64,000 bases of DNA from Octopus bimaculoides (lineage: Eukaryota), in contig NC_068983.1 of NCBI RefSeq assembly GCF_001194135.2, forward strand, positions 93,926,515-93,990,514. Reading direction: 5' to 3'. The position numbers were made by a program, and so were the translations under genes. A model generated the notes under the pieces. That model was given only the letters and a program-made list of their open reading frames with translations. It ran no database searches and was not told where the DNA came from. Positions 51,642 to 64,000 of this stretch are shown one piece after another. Position 1 is the first letter of the stretch. Every line of letters starts with the position of its first letter.

Positions 51642-54600
51642 CTTATAGGCTCTGACGTGGATGAGTCGATATAGAGACCACTTTATAACCAAGGTGTTTT
51701 AGATTGTATCCCACTGAGTGGTACCTTGAGCAACTGTCCTCTTCTATACCTTTAGGCTCACCAATGCCTTGCAATTAAAACTTGTAGACAGAAACTGCAT
51801 AGAAGCCTGCCATATATATATACATGTGTGTGTTTGTGTGTGAAAGTGTTTACAATAGGAGAAGGAAGAGGCTCTTTCCCATCAGTAGGACAGAATTCAT
51901 TGAGGCAGACTTTCTATGGCCAGATGCCCTTTCCATTGCCAGTTCTCACCTGTTCCCAAGTAAGGTAATATTTTCCATGCCTGGGCATGTTTTCATGGAA
52001 GATTAGAAACAATGGACAATGCTTATATGACTGTGATACTTGATTACAACTTTCACATGATGTCAGCACACACACACACGCTTTTTTTTTCAGTTTCCAT
52101 CTCCCAAATCCATTCACAAGGCTTTAGTCAACCCAAGGTTATCTCCCATCCCATTAATTTATTGTTCTTGTTCCAAGTCCACCATTGACCATCATAGCTC
52201 AGGGGTTCTAGGGTAGCTTGTTGACTGTCCCGCATTTCACAATGGAAATTTCTCTGGACTACCTCATACAGGTGAAATTATGGTTCCCAGATAATTGAAC
52301 TGGATTACCAATATATTGTTAGTTATAGGACAATGAATAGTCAATCATCTTCTGATGATGACATTTTTCATGTGTGTGTGTGTGTGTGTGTGTGTGAAGA
52401 CATGTCACTGATAACATTTTTTATAAGTAGCTCTAAGTTGCTTCCTATATGTCTAGAATGGACATAACTAGCCACTCTTAAAGTTAAGCTGTTCTAAGAT
52501 TCATTCTACAGAGCAAAACATAACAGAGTTTGTGTACATAGTTAGGCTGAATGTATGTTTACAGAAGGAATAGAAATCAAATTATGTCATTGGAATTGTA
52601 TATAATGTACAGATATTACACAAACATTCTGTTTCTATTATTTAAGAATCATACTAATGTCTCACACAATAGTCTTCATTTTCTGTTACAGACTATACAT
52701 TTGAAATATCACAGTGAAGCTTGATTAGGTAGTAGCCATCATTGCTGTTGCTGTTTAGTTTCTGGTTGGCACTCACCAAACTGAATTATGATCAAATGGG
52801 TTCCAATCGGAGCCCTCCAGTCTTTTTTACTAGAAATAGAGCAAGAGGATCACATAATAATTTGACTCCTTCCTTTTCTAAGTGAGATGTAATTTGAGAG
52901 AAATTCTGACTAATTCTATGTGGTCAGATGACCACATAAGGGTTTCTTTGTTGGCTTATGATCAAGGGGTATAACCATATGGTAAAATATATTAAATTTG
53001 GAGTGAAAATACGGTATAGAAATGAAGTTACAGAATGATTTGTTATGAAGGTGTTAAATATTCCATTCAATACAAGGTAAAATTGCAATGGCAAGAATAA
53101 GGTTTGGGGTTATACCAGGGTGAGGAACTACAGATGCTATCAGTTCTGGTGGGATTATTGTAAAAGAAGTACTTAAGAAAGAACAAAAACTTATATTGGC
53201 ATATATTGGCCATTAGCAGGTCTCCCTGCCCACCCTCAATCCTAACTTCATCATGTTCTGTAATCTAGTGAGCAATAAGGAATGAATAAATTTTCAAATA
53301 TGTTCTTCCCATGAATGCAGAAGCTAAAATTAGGCTAATTTTAACAGCGGACTCCAATGAGTTCTTGCTATTATGTGTGGGATAAGAGAGAATGTGTAAT
53401 ATTCTCTTTGTCAGTGTTTCAGATAATAAAATCCTCATTGAGAACTTGTGATGTTATATGATTATGTTACATTAAATATGAAGAATCTTAAACATAAAAA
53501 TAATACCAGTGACGTGTTTAATGATAATAAAATTATCAATGAGGAAGATTAAAATCACCAAATGAAAGATTAAAGCATTGTATATTTCTGTCAGGGAACT
53601 CATTCCAAAAAGTTCTTGAGTTAATGTACAATCAATTGTTTAATTAAATTAAAAAGCATTCTAAAAGTTGCTAAAAAGCATTCTTCATTTCTAAAAGTTG
53701 TGAAAATGGATACAGAAATAAAAGATCATGGAAGAACATTATTAGTTTTTCTTTATCATCATCTTCTCCTCTTTTCTCTTCCATCTTCTGTGGTTCACAC
53801 AAACATCTAGGAAAATCAATAAACTATTTTGCCAATAATATTTGGTCAGTTCCACTTTACATGTTTGGTTGATAGGAATACTGCAGCTTAGAAGCAATTA
53901 ACACCAAAATAGAAATGCAAAATTATCTGAAAGAATAAATTAGGAAAAGAATTCTACTTTCTGAGAATAAGTGAAATATTTCCCACATTATAGGTAGCTG
54001 GAATTTCAACATGAGTCTTTAAGATTTCAATTAACTTACCATTTTTTTTTTTTTTATATATATATTTTCTACTGGTCTGCATTCACATCATCAACATTAA
54101 CCATATCTTTCTGATTATTCCCATCATGCCATCTAAGTGATGTTTTCTACTTCTCATTGTCTTTAATAAAATATTGTTTATTTTTGAAATATCAATGAGC
54201 CAGATAGAAATCTCTATCAATATTTCTTACCCTCTCTATCTATCAATCTATTAATCTAGCCACCTATTTTTCTGTCTGTCTGCCTATGTCTGTCTTTCAT
54301 CCTTTTTATAGATGCATGCATCAATCTATTAGGAATCAGGTGATTCTGGGACTAAGACTTTAAATATTTTTCCTAATACCAGTTTAAATGAGTTTGAACT
54401 TATCATCTACAAGTCATATAACAATTCTACTAATTTCTAGTCCCTATATTTTAGAGACTATACTACTGAAATATCATTTCGTTGCCTACATATTTTATTT
54501 TCAAAAATTCCAGTATATTGTTTTAATCTCTCAGACTCACTTCATCCTATATCCATTACTTGATGTTGCTTAATAACAAATGCTTTCTGTAGTTGGCTTT

Positions 54601-55468
54601 CGTCAATAGTAATCTCCCCATTGTAATGAAATGTTTGATTAGGAAAATTACTTTTGTTAATCTGTGTTCCTTTAATAATTGATGTTACATGATAGCTAGG
54701 TTCTCTTCATGAGTAACATTTAGCTGTAGCATCATTCACTAAACAAAGTATCTGGTTTATAGGTCTTATTGTTACTTCTTACTATAGTTTATTCAATGAA
54801 TTAAATAGGGACAGACATCAACATCCTAAAAGAATCCACACAATCCCTTATTAATCATCATCCACTTCTTTGGAATTCAATTATTGGATACGCATGTTTG
54901 TACATTTTCCATTATTCCAGATCTCAGCAGATTCCAAGACATTCTAATCTTCATGTTTCACAAAGCATTTGAATTTATCATAGATTGTGATAACTAAGAG
55001 AATACAATAAATTGCTTAAAGTATTTATGTTAAATCAGTGAATGAGTTTTTGTGAGACATCAGTTCATAATATGCCAGCAGTGACCAACAGAATCTCTGG
55101 ATCAATTTACTTCAAGTTTTACAGTGCTTGACTGAAGGATATATCCTCAAAGCAGCAACATTAATACAAAATGTTCAATAAAGGATGTTTTTATTTTTAG
55201 AATAATGTTGGCAGTACAAGGTTCAGATGAATTGAAAATAAAACATTGGCCCTGGAAGTGATAAGCATGAAATGACTAGTGTGACAATAACAAGAGTGAC
55301 ACAAGCAAGTGGAAGAGTAAAAAGTTTGATATTAATAATTTTGTCAATGAGAACTATGGCAGTAATATAGATAATGAGAATAAGTGTCACTGTAAATAGT
55401 TATACATTGACAAACATGACAGGCATGTTAACAATCACAGTAAGTGTGATTGTGGTATATGTATGTAA

Positions 55469-55812
55469 CATATGTCATTGAACAGTATAACAGTGTCATA
55501 TGTCAATGAACAATGTGACTTTGATATATATCAATAAACAGTATGACAGTGACATGTCAGTGGACAGTATGACTAACATATATCATTAAACAGTATGACA
55601 GTGACATATATCACTGAACAGTTTGCAACAAATATCAGTGGACAGGATAACTGAGACATATGTCAATGAATAGTATGATTGTGGCATGTGTCAATGAGCA
55701 GTATGACTGGGACAAGTGATCTAATAATGTCATAATAACAAGTGTGAGTATAATATGTCACATTGACAGCATAATGACAGTGCTAACTGTGATATGTATC
55801 AATGAATAGATT
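55469..55812. repeat. Degenerate about 28-bp minisatellite
   Basis: Units like atatgtcaatgaacagtatgacagtgac. Confidence 0.7.
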
Positions 55813-55876
55813 GATTATTTGGGATTCTTTTTGTGGGGTAAGGAGAGTCACTTGCAACAAGTGTAGTATAACTCCT

Positions 55877-56280
55877 GTAGCTATGTGGTAAGAAGCTTGC
55901 TTCCCAACCATATAGTTCCAAGTTCAGTCCCACTGTGAAGCACCTTTACCAAGTGTCTTCTATTATAGCCTCAGGCTGACCAAAGCCTTCTGAGTGGATT
56001 TGGTAGACAGAAACTGAAAGAAACTTGTTGTTTATATACATGTATATATCTATGTGTGTGTCTTTGTGTCTGTGTTTGTCCCCCACCAGCACTTGATAAC
56101 CTGTGTTGGTGTGTTTGCAACCCCTTGACTTAGCATTTCAGCAAAAGAGTTCAATAGAATAAGTACTAGGCTTAAAGAAAAAGTACCAGGGTTGATTCAT
56201 TTAACTAAAAAAATGTTCAAGACGGTACCCCAGCATGGCTGCAGTCTAATGACAGAAATAAGTAAATGATAAAAGAAAAA
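55877..56280 (+). mobile_element. SINE family A, full length
   Basis: gctatgtggtaagaagcttgcttcccaacc...gttcagtcccactg...ccccagcatggctgcagtc...aaaagaaaaa. Confidence 0.85.
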
Positions 56281-56350
56281 GACATACATACATACACACA
56301 TGCACATGCACACACTCACACACACACACATATATGTTTGTACGTATGTA

Positions 56351-57066
56351 TGAGGGAGAGTCAAAAATTATATGCACTCTTTTTTTTTCTCAATGTATTT
56401 ACACAAAAGCAGGGGGTAATCAAGTACATCATTTTTCTATCTAGTCTTCTTTCTTTTCAATGCACTTGGTCCAGCTGTCCACAAGCTTGCTTATTCCCTC
56501 CAAGAAGAAGGTTTTTGGTTGGTCATGCAACCATTTATGCACTGCTTCCTTCACGTCTTCATCCATAGGAAATCAATGACCTCATAAACCATCTTTGAGT
56601 GGTCCAAAGATATGATAGTCAGAAGGGGTGAGATCTGGGCTGTAGGCAGGGTGTTCCAGCACCTCAAAACCCAATTGGTTAATGGTTTCAATGGCCTAAG
56701 CAGCTGTGTGTGAGTGTGCATTGTCATGCAACAACAAAACTTTCTTCGACAATAGGCTTTTGTGCTTACTGCGAAGTGCTGGCTTCAGTTTGTTGGCCAG
56801 TAAAGCACTGTATCTTGCATCATTGATCACACACCCCTTTTCCAGAGAAATCAGATCACTGCTCTTTGTTCTTCTTTGGTGCACATGGCAAGTGGAATGG
56901 CCATGCTTACACTGTAAAGCCAGAAAGAAAAATGGCACAATCAAGCTCAAACTTCAATCATGTGACCACAGTAGTACTAACTATAAGCACGCATGTGCAG
57001 AAGGCAGTGTGGCAATAATAAAGTTATATTATGGCAAAAGTGTGGATAGTTGTTGACTTCTACTCG
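56351..57066 (-). mobile_element. mariner (DD34D) element, internally deleted, 716 bp, TA-flanked
   Basis: TIRs TA-tgagggagagtcaaaaattatatgcact / agtgtggatagttgttgacttctactcg-TA. MAIPLAMCTKEEQRAVI joined to ...LLHDNAH...HPAYSPDLTPSD. Confidence 0.9.
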
Positions 57067-57079
57067 TATATACACATAT

Positions 57080-57297
57080 GGAATGGTTGTGCAATTAAGA
57101 AGTTTGCTTTCCAGCCTCATGTTTTACAGTTCCATTCTACTGCACAGCACCTTTGTTAAGTGTCTTTTACTATAGCCCCAAGGCAGCCAAAGCCTTGTGA
57201 GTGAATTTGGTAGAAAGAAACTGAAAGAAGCCCATTATATGTATGTATGTTTGTATGAATGTATTTATGATTGTGTGTATGTGAGTGTGTGTATGTA

Positions 57298-57364
<67 letters not shown>

Positions 57365-57600
57365 GTTTGCATATATTTGTGTCTCCTTGTCTTGACACCG
57401 CTTGATTACTGTAATTGAACATCATTGTCATATAAGCAGTGTTATCCATTTCCATTTTTCTGCAAAAACATGTTTGGCTATGGAGAAATATTACCTTACT
57501 TGGAAACTGGTATGGGTTGGTGACAAGTTAGACATACTGCCTTGATAAATTCCACCTATACAAGCATAGTAAAGTAGATGTTAAAGATTATGATGATGAC
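57080..57600 (+). mobile_element. SINE family A head (57080-57240), (GT)n, then family D (57365-57600)
   Basis: gtgagtgaatttggtagaaagaaactgaaagaagccc; ttgtcttgacaccgcttg...atattaccttacttggaaac...gatgatgac. Confidence 0.65.
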
Positions 57601-57610
57601 ATGTGTGTGC

Positions 57611-57661
<51 letters not shown>

Positions 57662-57768
57662 TTGTGTACCAAAATGCTAATTTCGCACACCAGCGGTTTG
57701 CCTATACTCAAGAAAATGTTGAATGGAAATTGTGATGCTCATGTGACAGAATGTTGGCCTCAAACTTT

Positions 57769-58216
57769 GGCACAAGGCCAGCAATTTTTCGGGAGAGAGG
57801 AGTTAATTATATCGACCCCAGTGCTCGACTGGTACTTTATTTATTGACCGCAAAAGGATGAAAGATAAAGTTGACCTCGGCAGTATTTGAGCTGAGAATG
57901 TAAAGTTGGAAGGAATGCCTCTAGGCATTTTGTTGAGCACAATCATGACTCTTATAACACTTTGCTTTAATGTCATAGAATATTCCTTTCTACTCTAGGC
58001 ACAAAACCCGAAATTTTGTGGGGAGGGGGACAGTCAATTAGATTGATTCTAGTATGCAACTGGTACTTAATTTATCGACCCCCGAAAGGATGAAAGGCAA
58101 AGTTGACCTCAGCAAAATTTGAACTCAGAATGTAAAGACAGATGAAATACCACTAAGCATTTCCCCTGGTATGCTAATGTTTCTGCCACCTCACCACCTT
58201 AATGTCATAGAATATT
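57769..58216 (-). mobile_element. Two tandem family B SINEs, the second (57985-58198) flanked by an 18-bp direct repeat
   Basis: ttaatgtcatagaatatt at 57967-57984 and 58199-58216. Confidence 0.8.
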
Positions 58217-58234
58217 AAAAGCAGATTCAAGAAG

Positions 58235-58812
58235 TAAGTGACAATGTTGGCACCAGTTAATTGTTATATTAAAGTAGGTGATATGCTGGTATCAATATTA
58301 GTCCATCAACACAATTATCTTGATATCTTAATGGATTAGTGCAAAGAGATGCTAAGGTGTGATATGTTGACACCAGTACCTTGATAGACTGTTGTAGAGA
58401 GGTGATAATATTGAATATATTGACATTGGTATCTTGATAAACTGAAGACCATTGTGCATATATGTATGTGTGTGTATTTGTGAAAGAGTGTGCATATGTT
58501 TGTACATTCTTGTCTTGACATTGCTTGATAATATTGAATATATTGGCACAAGTATCTTGACAGACTAAAGAGAGTAGTGACAAAGTGGGCTATGCTGGCA
58601 CCAGTATCTTGATGCACTGATGTAGGAATATGATAATGTTAAATACATTGACGCTGATATCTTGATAGACTGAAGGGTTTAGTGATAATGTGAGATATGT
58701 TGGCACCAGTATGTTAATGGACTGATGTGAGGAGGTAATGATGTTGACTATACTGGCACTGATATCTTGATAAGCTAAAGGGGACAGTTATAATGTTGGA
58801 TATGTTGGTACC
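58235..58812. repeat. 52/53-bp minisatellite with alternating monomers, interrupted by a family D-like fragment near 58450-58530
   Basis: Units share atatgttggcaccagtatcttgatagactga; alternate units carry ctgatgt versus ctgaagg/ctaaag. Confidence 0.75.
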
Positions 58813-58888
58813 AGAGTGCACAGAATGAATAAATTTTTTAATTGTATTTTTATACTATTGACTATTACAGTCTATGGAGTGTTTTTGC

Positions 58889-58928
<40 letters not shown>

Positions 58929-58934
58929 GGTAAA

Positions 58935-59272
58935 GGTGTAAGGCTCAGTGGCTAGAGCATCAGGCTCCCACTCATGAAGTAGTGAGTTCAATTCCCAGAC
59001 CAGGATGTGTGTTGTGTTCTTGAGCAAGACACTTTATTTCACATTGCTCCAGTTTACTGAGCTGTTGAAATGAGTTGTGACATCACTGGTGCCAAGCTGT
59101 ATTGACCTTTGCTTTTTCTCCTTGGATAACATCAGTAGCATGGAGAGGGGAAGCTGGTATGCATGTGTAATGGCTGGTCTTCCATAAACAACCTTGCCCG
59201 AACTTGTACCTCAGGAGATAACTTTCTAGGTGCAATCCCATGGTCATTCATGACCAAAAGGGGTCTTTACTC
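58935..59272 (+). mobile_element. tRNA-derived SINE family E, full length
   Basis: A box ggctcagtggctagagc, B box gagttcaattccc, gttgtgttcttgagcaagacacttt, tail catgaccaaaaggggtcttt. Confidence 0.75.
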
Positions 59273-59889
59273 TATATATATGTAATGATTAAATCATATA
59301 TTATGCACTTTGTTGTTTTGTTAAGCACATGATCCCTCAGACCATGGAAAATCGTTTACATGAAACCAGTCTGTGGTAGCAAAAAAAGCTGGGGACCAGT
59401 GATTTATGTAATTTCCTTACTTAGGAGGGTAAGAATGATTTGAGAGAGACTTAATTACTACTTCTAGTAGGTCAAGCAGCTTCATAGGCTCACTTTGTGG
59501 AGAAGTTGTACAATAGCCAGTGAAACTTTATCTTGTGGTATAGTTATTGATGGTTGAAAAGAAATATTACCTTGTTATATTGAAGTGGGTAAGATGATAT
59601 TGAGTATAGAGCCAACATTATATTGATGCATTAAAGGAGAGATGATGATGTTGCAATATTTTGGTAATTATATAAACTGGTAGAAGCACTGACCTCCAAA
59701 TGGTTTTCTGCTAGTTTGTTATAATAAGGATATATATCTATATCTTTTAGATCTGTTTATGGGCAACATTCTGAATATGCAAATTAAGCTCCTATTCCAT
59801 TAGGCCAGCTACAGTCTAATGATGCTGACTGATGAACCAGTTTTTTGAGGTTGCACCAAGCTGTACCGATATAATGTAGGATAAATATA

Positions 59890-60152
59890 GTAATAATAAC
59901 AATAATCCTTGGATGGAATTTATGAATGTTTCAAATGTTTTAATGCATCGCTATGTGCATTTCCACAAATCACATATCTCTTAAGATCACAGTCCATATT
60001 CCTGGGATGGCTACTGTGTAGATCATCTTCATGGATTCATTTCTTCAGGCAATATAGCATTAATGGATGTTTAACTGAGGGTTGTTTATCATTTTTGACC
60101 AGTGAGAAGATTGATTGAGGTATGTCCCATCCAAGGATTATTGTTATTATTA

Positions 60153-60153
<1 letters not shown>
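59890..60153. mobile_element. MITE-like element with perfect 27-bp terminal inverted repeats
   Basis: gtaataataacaataatccttggatgg (59890-59916) / ccatccaaggattattgttattattac (60127-60153). Confidence 0.7.
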
Positions 60154-60223
<70 letters not shown>

Positions 60224-60230
60224 CATATAG

Positions 60231-60289
<59 letters not shown>

Positions 60290-60296
60290 TGGTATA

Positions 60297-60458
60297 AGCA
60301 TGGCTATGTGGTTAAGAAGTTTGCTTCTCAAGCATGTGGTTTCAGGTTCAGTCCCATTGCAATGGCAACTATTTTCTACTTTAACTGTGGGCTGACCAAA
60401 CCCTTGTGAGTGGATGGATTTGCTAGATTTAAACTAAAAGAAACACATCATATGTACA
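60297..60458 (+). mobile_element. SINE family A head, running into an assembly gap
   Basis: ggctatgtggttaagaagtttgcttc...ggttcagtcccattgc...gtgagtggat. Confidence 0.75.
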
Positions 60459-60934
60459 NNNNNNNNNNNNNNNNNNNNNNNNNNNNNNNNNNNNNNNNNN
60501 NNNNNNNNNNNNNNNNNNNNNNNNNNNNNNNNNNNNNNNNNNNNNNNNNNNNNNNNNNNNNNNNNNNNNNNNNNNNNNNNNNNNNNNNNNNNNNNNNNNN
60601 NNNNNNNNNNNNNNNNNNNNNNNNNNNNNNNNNNNNNNNNNNNNNNNNNNNNNNNNNNNNNNNNNNNNNNNNNNNNNNNNNNNNNNNNNNNNNNNNNNNN
60701 NNNNNNNNNNNNNNNNNNNNNNNNNNNNNNNNNNNNNNNNNNNNNNNNNNNNNNNNNNNNNNNNNNNNNNNNNNNNNNNNNNNNNNNNNNNNNNNNNNNN
60801 NNNNNNNNNNNNNNNNNNNNNNNNNNNNNNNNNNNNNNNNNNNNNNNNNNNNNNNNNNNNNNNNNNNNNNNNNNNNNNNNNNNNNNNNNNNNNNNNNNNN
60901 NNNNNNNNNNNNNNNNNNNNNNNNNNNNNNNNNN

Positions 60935-60986
<52 letters not shown>

Positions 60987-60990
<4 letters not shown>

Positions 60991-62218
60991 GAGGTCATTA
61001 AGAATGAAATGTCCGATTTTGGACTGAAAGTTTATTTTACTTTATCTCAACACAATTTTGCCACTTTATCGGTAGCTTCTTTAGGCTGGCAGTGAAGAAT
61101 TCTGGAGAGAAAGAGGTGATGAAATCATGAAAGGCTGTTTTTGTATCTTCTCCAGATTTGAACCTTTTTCCTTGCAAAAGTTATCTAATGCCTGGAAAAT
61201 GTGATAGTTAGATGGTGCAAGATCTGGTGAATAGGGTGGATGACAGAGTATTTCCAAGTGCAGTTCCTGTAACCCAAGTAGCATTCTTTGTGCAACATGT
61301 GGTCAAACATTGTCTTGCAAGAGAATTGCCCTGTATCTGTTGACCAATCTCAGTTGTTTAATTGCATGTTCACTCAAGATTTCGTCTAATTGGTTGATGT
61401 ATATATCCACTGTAATTGACTTACCAAGTCTCATGAAGCTGTAGTGGATGACACCAATGCTGGACCACCAAACAAACACCATTAGCTTTTTTTGGTAAAT
61501 ATTCTTTTTTGGGTTGTTTTGACACTTTGTCTCTATCCAACCACCATGCAGAACACTTGCTATTGTTGAAAAGAATCTATTTTTCATCACACATAACAAT
61601 ACAATGCAAAAACAGTTCACTTTTATGCATGACAGCAAAGAACAGCAAGTTTCAAGATGACGTGTCATTTGACCCTCATTCAGTTCATGTGGTACCCACT
61701 TGTCCAGCTTCTTTATCTTGCCAATTTGTTTCAGATGGTCCAATACAGTTGGAATCAAAACATCAGACCTTGCTGCTAACTTATGCACAGTTTGAGATGT
61801 ATCCACTTCCACTAAAGTCTCCAGCTCATCACCTAACTTGGTCTCAGGTCTACTACTGGACTGATTTTCAAGAGTAAAGTCACCAGATCAGAACTTCTCA
61901 AACCATCAACATACAGTGCACTTATTTGCCACATCTTCACCAAACACCTCATTGATGTTTCAAGCTGTCTGGGATGCATTGGTTCCATGATGGAACTCAT
62001 ATTCATAAACAACACAAATTTTTTATCTATCCATGGGTCCACAAAAATTTACAAGAGAAAACTCACAATATAACCAGACACCATAATTGCATTTCGAAAG
62101 GTGATTATGTAACTCTTCAATGTTGTAAAACAAAGAACTGTCAAGATAAAACATTAAAATTAATGACTGTCAAAATTGGTGCATAAGAAAATCGGACATT
62201 TCATTCTTAATGACCTGA
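60987..62218 (-). mobile_element. Near full-length mariner (cecropia/Hsmar1-like, DD34D), inactive
   Basis: TIRs tcagg(agg)tcattaagaatgaaatgtccgatttt at both ends inside (TA)n. KKLDKWVPHEL, KKLMVFVWW, LQDN...HPPYSPDLAPSN; frameshifts and stops. Confidence 0.93.
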
Positions 62219-62308
62219 TATATATATATATATATATATTACAGGAGGTGACCAGTGACAAGAAGCTATGTCTTGTCACTTAGAATAAAGCACTCAAAGT
62301 TAGGTCTG

Positions 62309-62455
62309 AATAAAATAACATATTTAATCCATAATCATTAGTTCAACAAAATATATTTTGTTTTGCCTAAAGCTGGGAACTCCTGGGGTGCCAGAGGTGA
62401 AACCATATTATATTTTATCAGACTAATGATTATGGATTAAATATTTTATTTTATT
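62309..62455. repeat. Fold-back element with 34-bp arms (1 mismatch)
   Basis: aataaaataacatatttaatccataatcattagt / actaatgattatggattaaatattttattttatt. Confidence 0.8.
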
Positions 62456-62657
62456 TTATACATACATACTAAGTTCAATTCGTTAGACTAAAACCCTTCA
62501 AGATGATGCTCCAGTATATCCATAGTCCAATGATGGAAACAAGTAAAAAGATAACATATATATATATATATATATATATACATACTTTTATTAAATGCAC
62601 AGTCCGTAATAAACTTTAGAATATGTGAAGGGCACATTCTGAGATAGGTGAATAATC

Positions 62658-62990
62658 TATAAATAAATAACAAATGAAGGACAGGTGTCAATCCATTATG
62701 GCTGTTTCTAACGACTCCTCTAATTGATTAATGAGTACATTATATCAATTCCAGAAAAAATGTTTTCTTCAGATGGATACTTTACAATGAAGGACATTCC
62801 AAATAATTTAACGTAGTTTAAAACGATTATGTTAAATTATTTGGAATGTCCTTCATTGTAAAGTAATCCATCTGAAGAAAACAGTTTCTTTGGAATTGAT
62901 ATAATGTACTCATTAATTAGTTAATGGAGTCATTAGAAATGGCCGTAATGAATTGACACCTGTCCTTCATTTGTTATTTATTCATTTATA
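62658..62990. mobile_element. Palindromic MITE, arms about 160 bp, 12-nt loop
   Basis: tataaataaataacaaatgaaggacaggtgtcaat...ccaaataatttaacgta / tatgttaaattatttgg...attgacacctgtccttcatttgttatttattcatttata. Confidence 0.9.
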
Positions 62991-64000
62991 TATTGAGTCA
63001 TCCCACCATTTGTATATGAGAAACTGTATTGTTCAATATAGCCGTTATTTAAGGGTATGCTCTGTGAGTGTTTTGGCTGCTATTTTCAACACTTCAAGTG
63101 GCTACATGTCTGATGCCTGTTCAACAAAACCTGACTTCAAGCAAACAATATTTTTCTTTTCTTAGCTTTCACTCTCCTTAATGCTCTTCTCTCTCTCTAT
63201 TATCTTCTTCTTCTTCTTCTTATTATTATTATTATTATTATTATTTATTGTTTCATATCTCTGCAAAACAGGTGAATCAGTTCATCACTTCAACAAAGTG
63301 GTCACCTTCAGAGACTGCTAGTTTTTGACTTAACTTAATTAGGAGCTATGAAAAAAGAATGTTTTTCTTTCTTATTTTTATTATTTTTTTCTGTTTGTTT
63401 TTGTTTTGTTTTGTTTTGTTTTTGTTTTTTGTTTTGTTATATACACACATCAATGCATAATCATCATTATATTAAAAATCTATACATTATTTACTTCCCT
63501 TTCAAAACTATTCAAAGAAATAACTCTTAACTGGGTGACTAACACTGCTGAACTTCCCACAGATGGTCTAGTTTTTATTCCCCACTAGCTAAATCTGTTT
63601 ACTGACAAGAAATGCTTGAAGGCAGATTTGAACTACTAGTCCATGATGAGACACACAAACACCTTCCTACTTGACCAGTTCATCATTATTTTTATAGCAT
63701 ACATAAATATGCATGAACACACAAACATACAAACATAGATACACATGCAAATGTATATTACATGTACATAAATATGTATGCATGCATGTATGTTTTTTAT
63801 GTATGTTTGCATTTGATAATTATATATATATATATGTTTGTGTGTGCTGCACTATTTGTATGGCAGCAAGTTTTCTACAGCTGGATGCCCTTCCTGCTGC
63901 CAACCTCTACCTGTGTTCCAAGTGAGGTAGTTTCCAAATATATATACATACACTTTTAACCCAATAAATTTTTCTATTGTGATTTTTTTGTTCGAAAATT

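Noticed and set aside
58935-59010. tRNA gene
   Set aside because: A/B boxes are present but continue into a SINE body, and no cloverleaf is supported; the same applies to family A and B heads.

Overview
AT-rich, microsatellite-dense animal genomic DNA with four N-gaps (11872-12070, 26815-27210, 29121-29130, 60459-60934). The interspersed repeats match my recollection of octopus SINE families, so the source is probably an octopod cephalopod (inference). Nearly all ORFs in the supplied track are microsatellite, gap or repeat artefacts. The main result is three minus-strand exon candidates (25222-25526, 14362-14432, and a 29-nt microexon at 5337-5365), which have canonical splice sites and compatible phases. 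They splice into signal peptide + ...ELVFVAQGSGCENYDSLPQTTDILGCKQLWDDV, which fits the start of a class B1 (secretin-family) GPCR hormone-binding domain; the rest of the gene would lie left of position 1. A separate, well-defined plus-strand exon candidate sits at 33858-33924. The remainder is a catalogue of decayed mobile elements: three DD34D mariners, a DD37D maT element, a pogo fragment, a Penelope-like GIY-YIG remnant, two degenerate hammerhead-ribozyme motifs, RTE and RLE-type LINE fragments, several tRNA-SINE families, piggyBac-, hAT- and Helentron-like non-autonomous elements, at least seven fold-back elements and three degenerate minisatellites (one with higher-order dimer structure). 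No rRNA, bona fide tRNA or CRISPR array is supported. All alignments and translations were done by eye.
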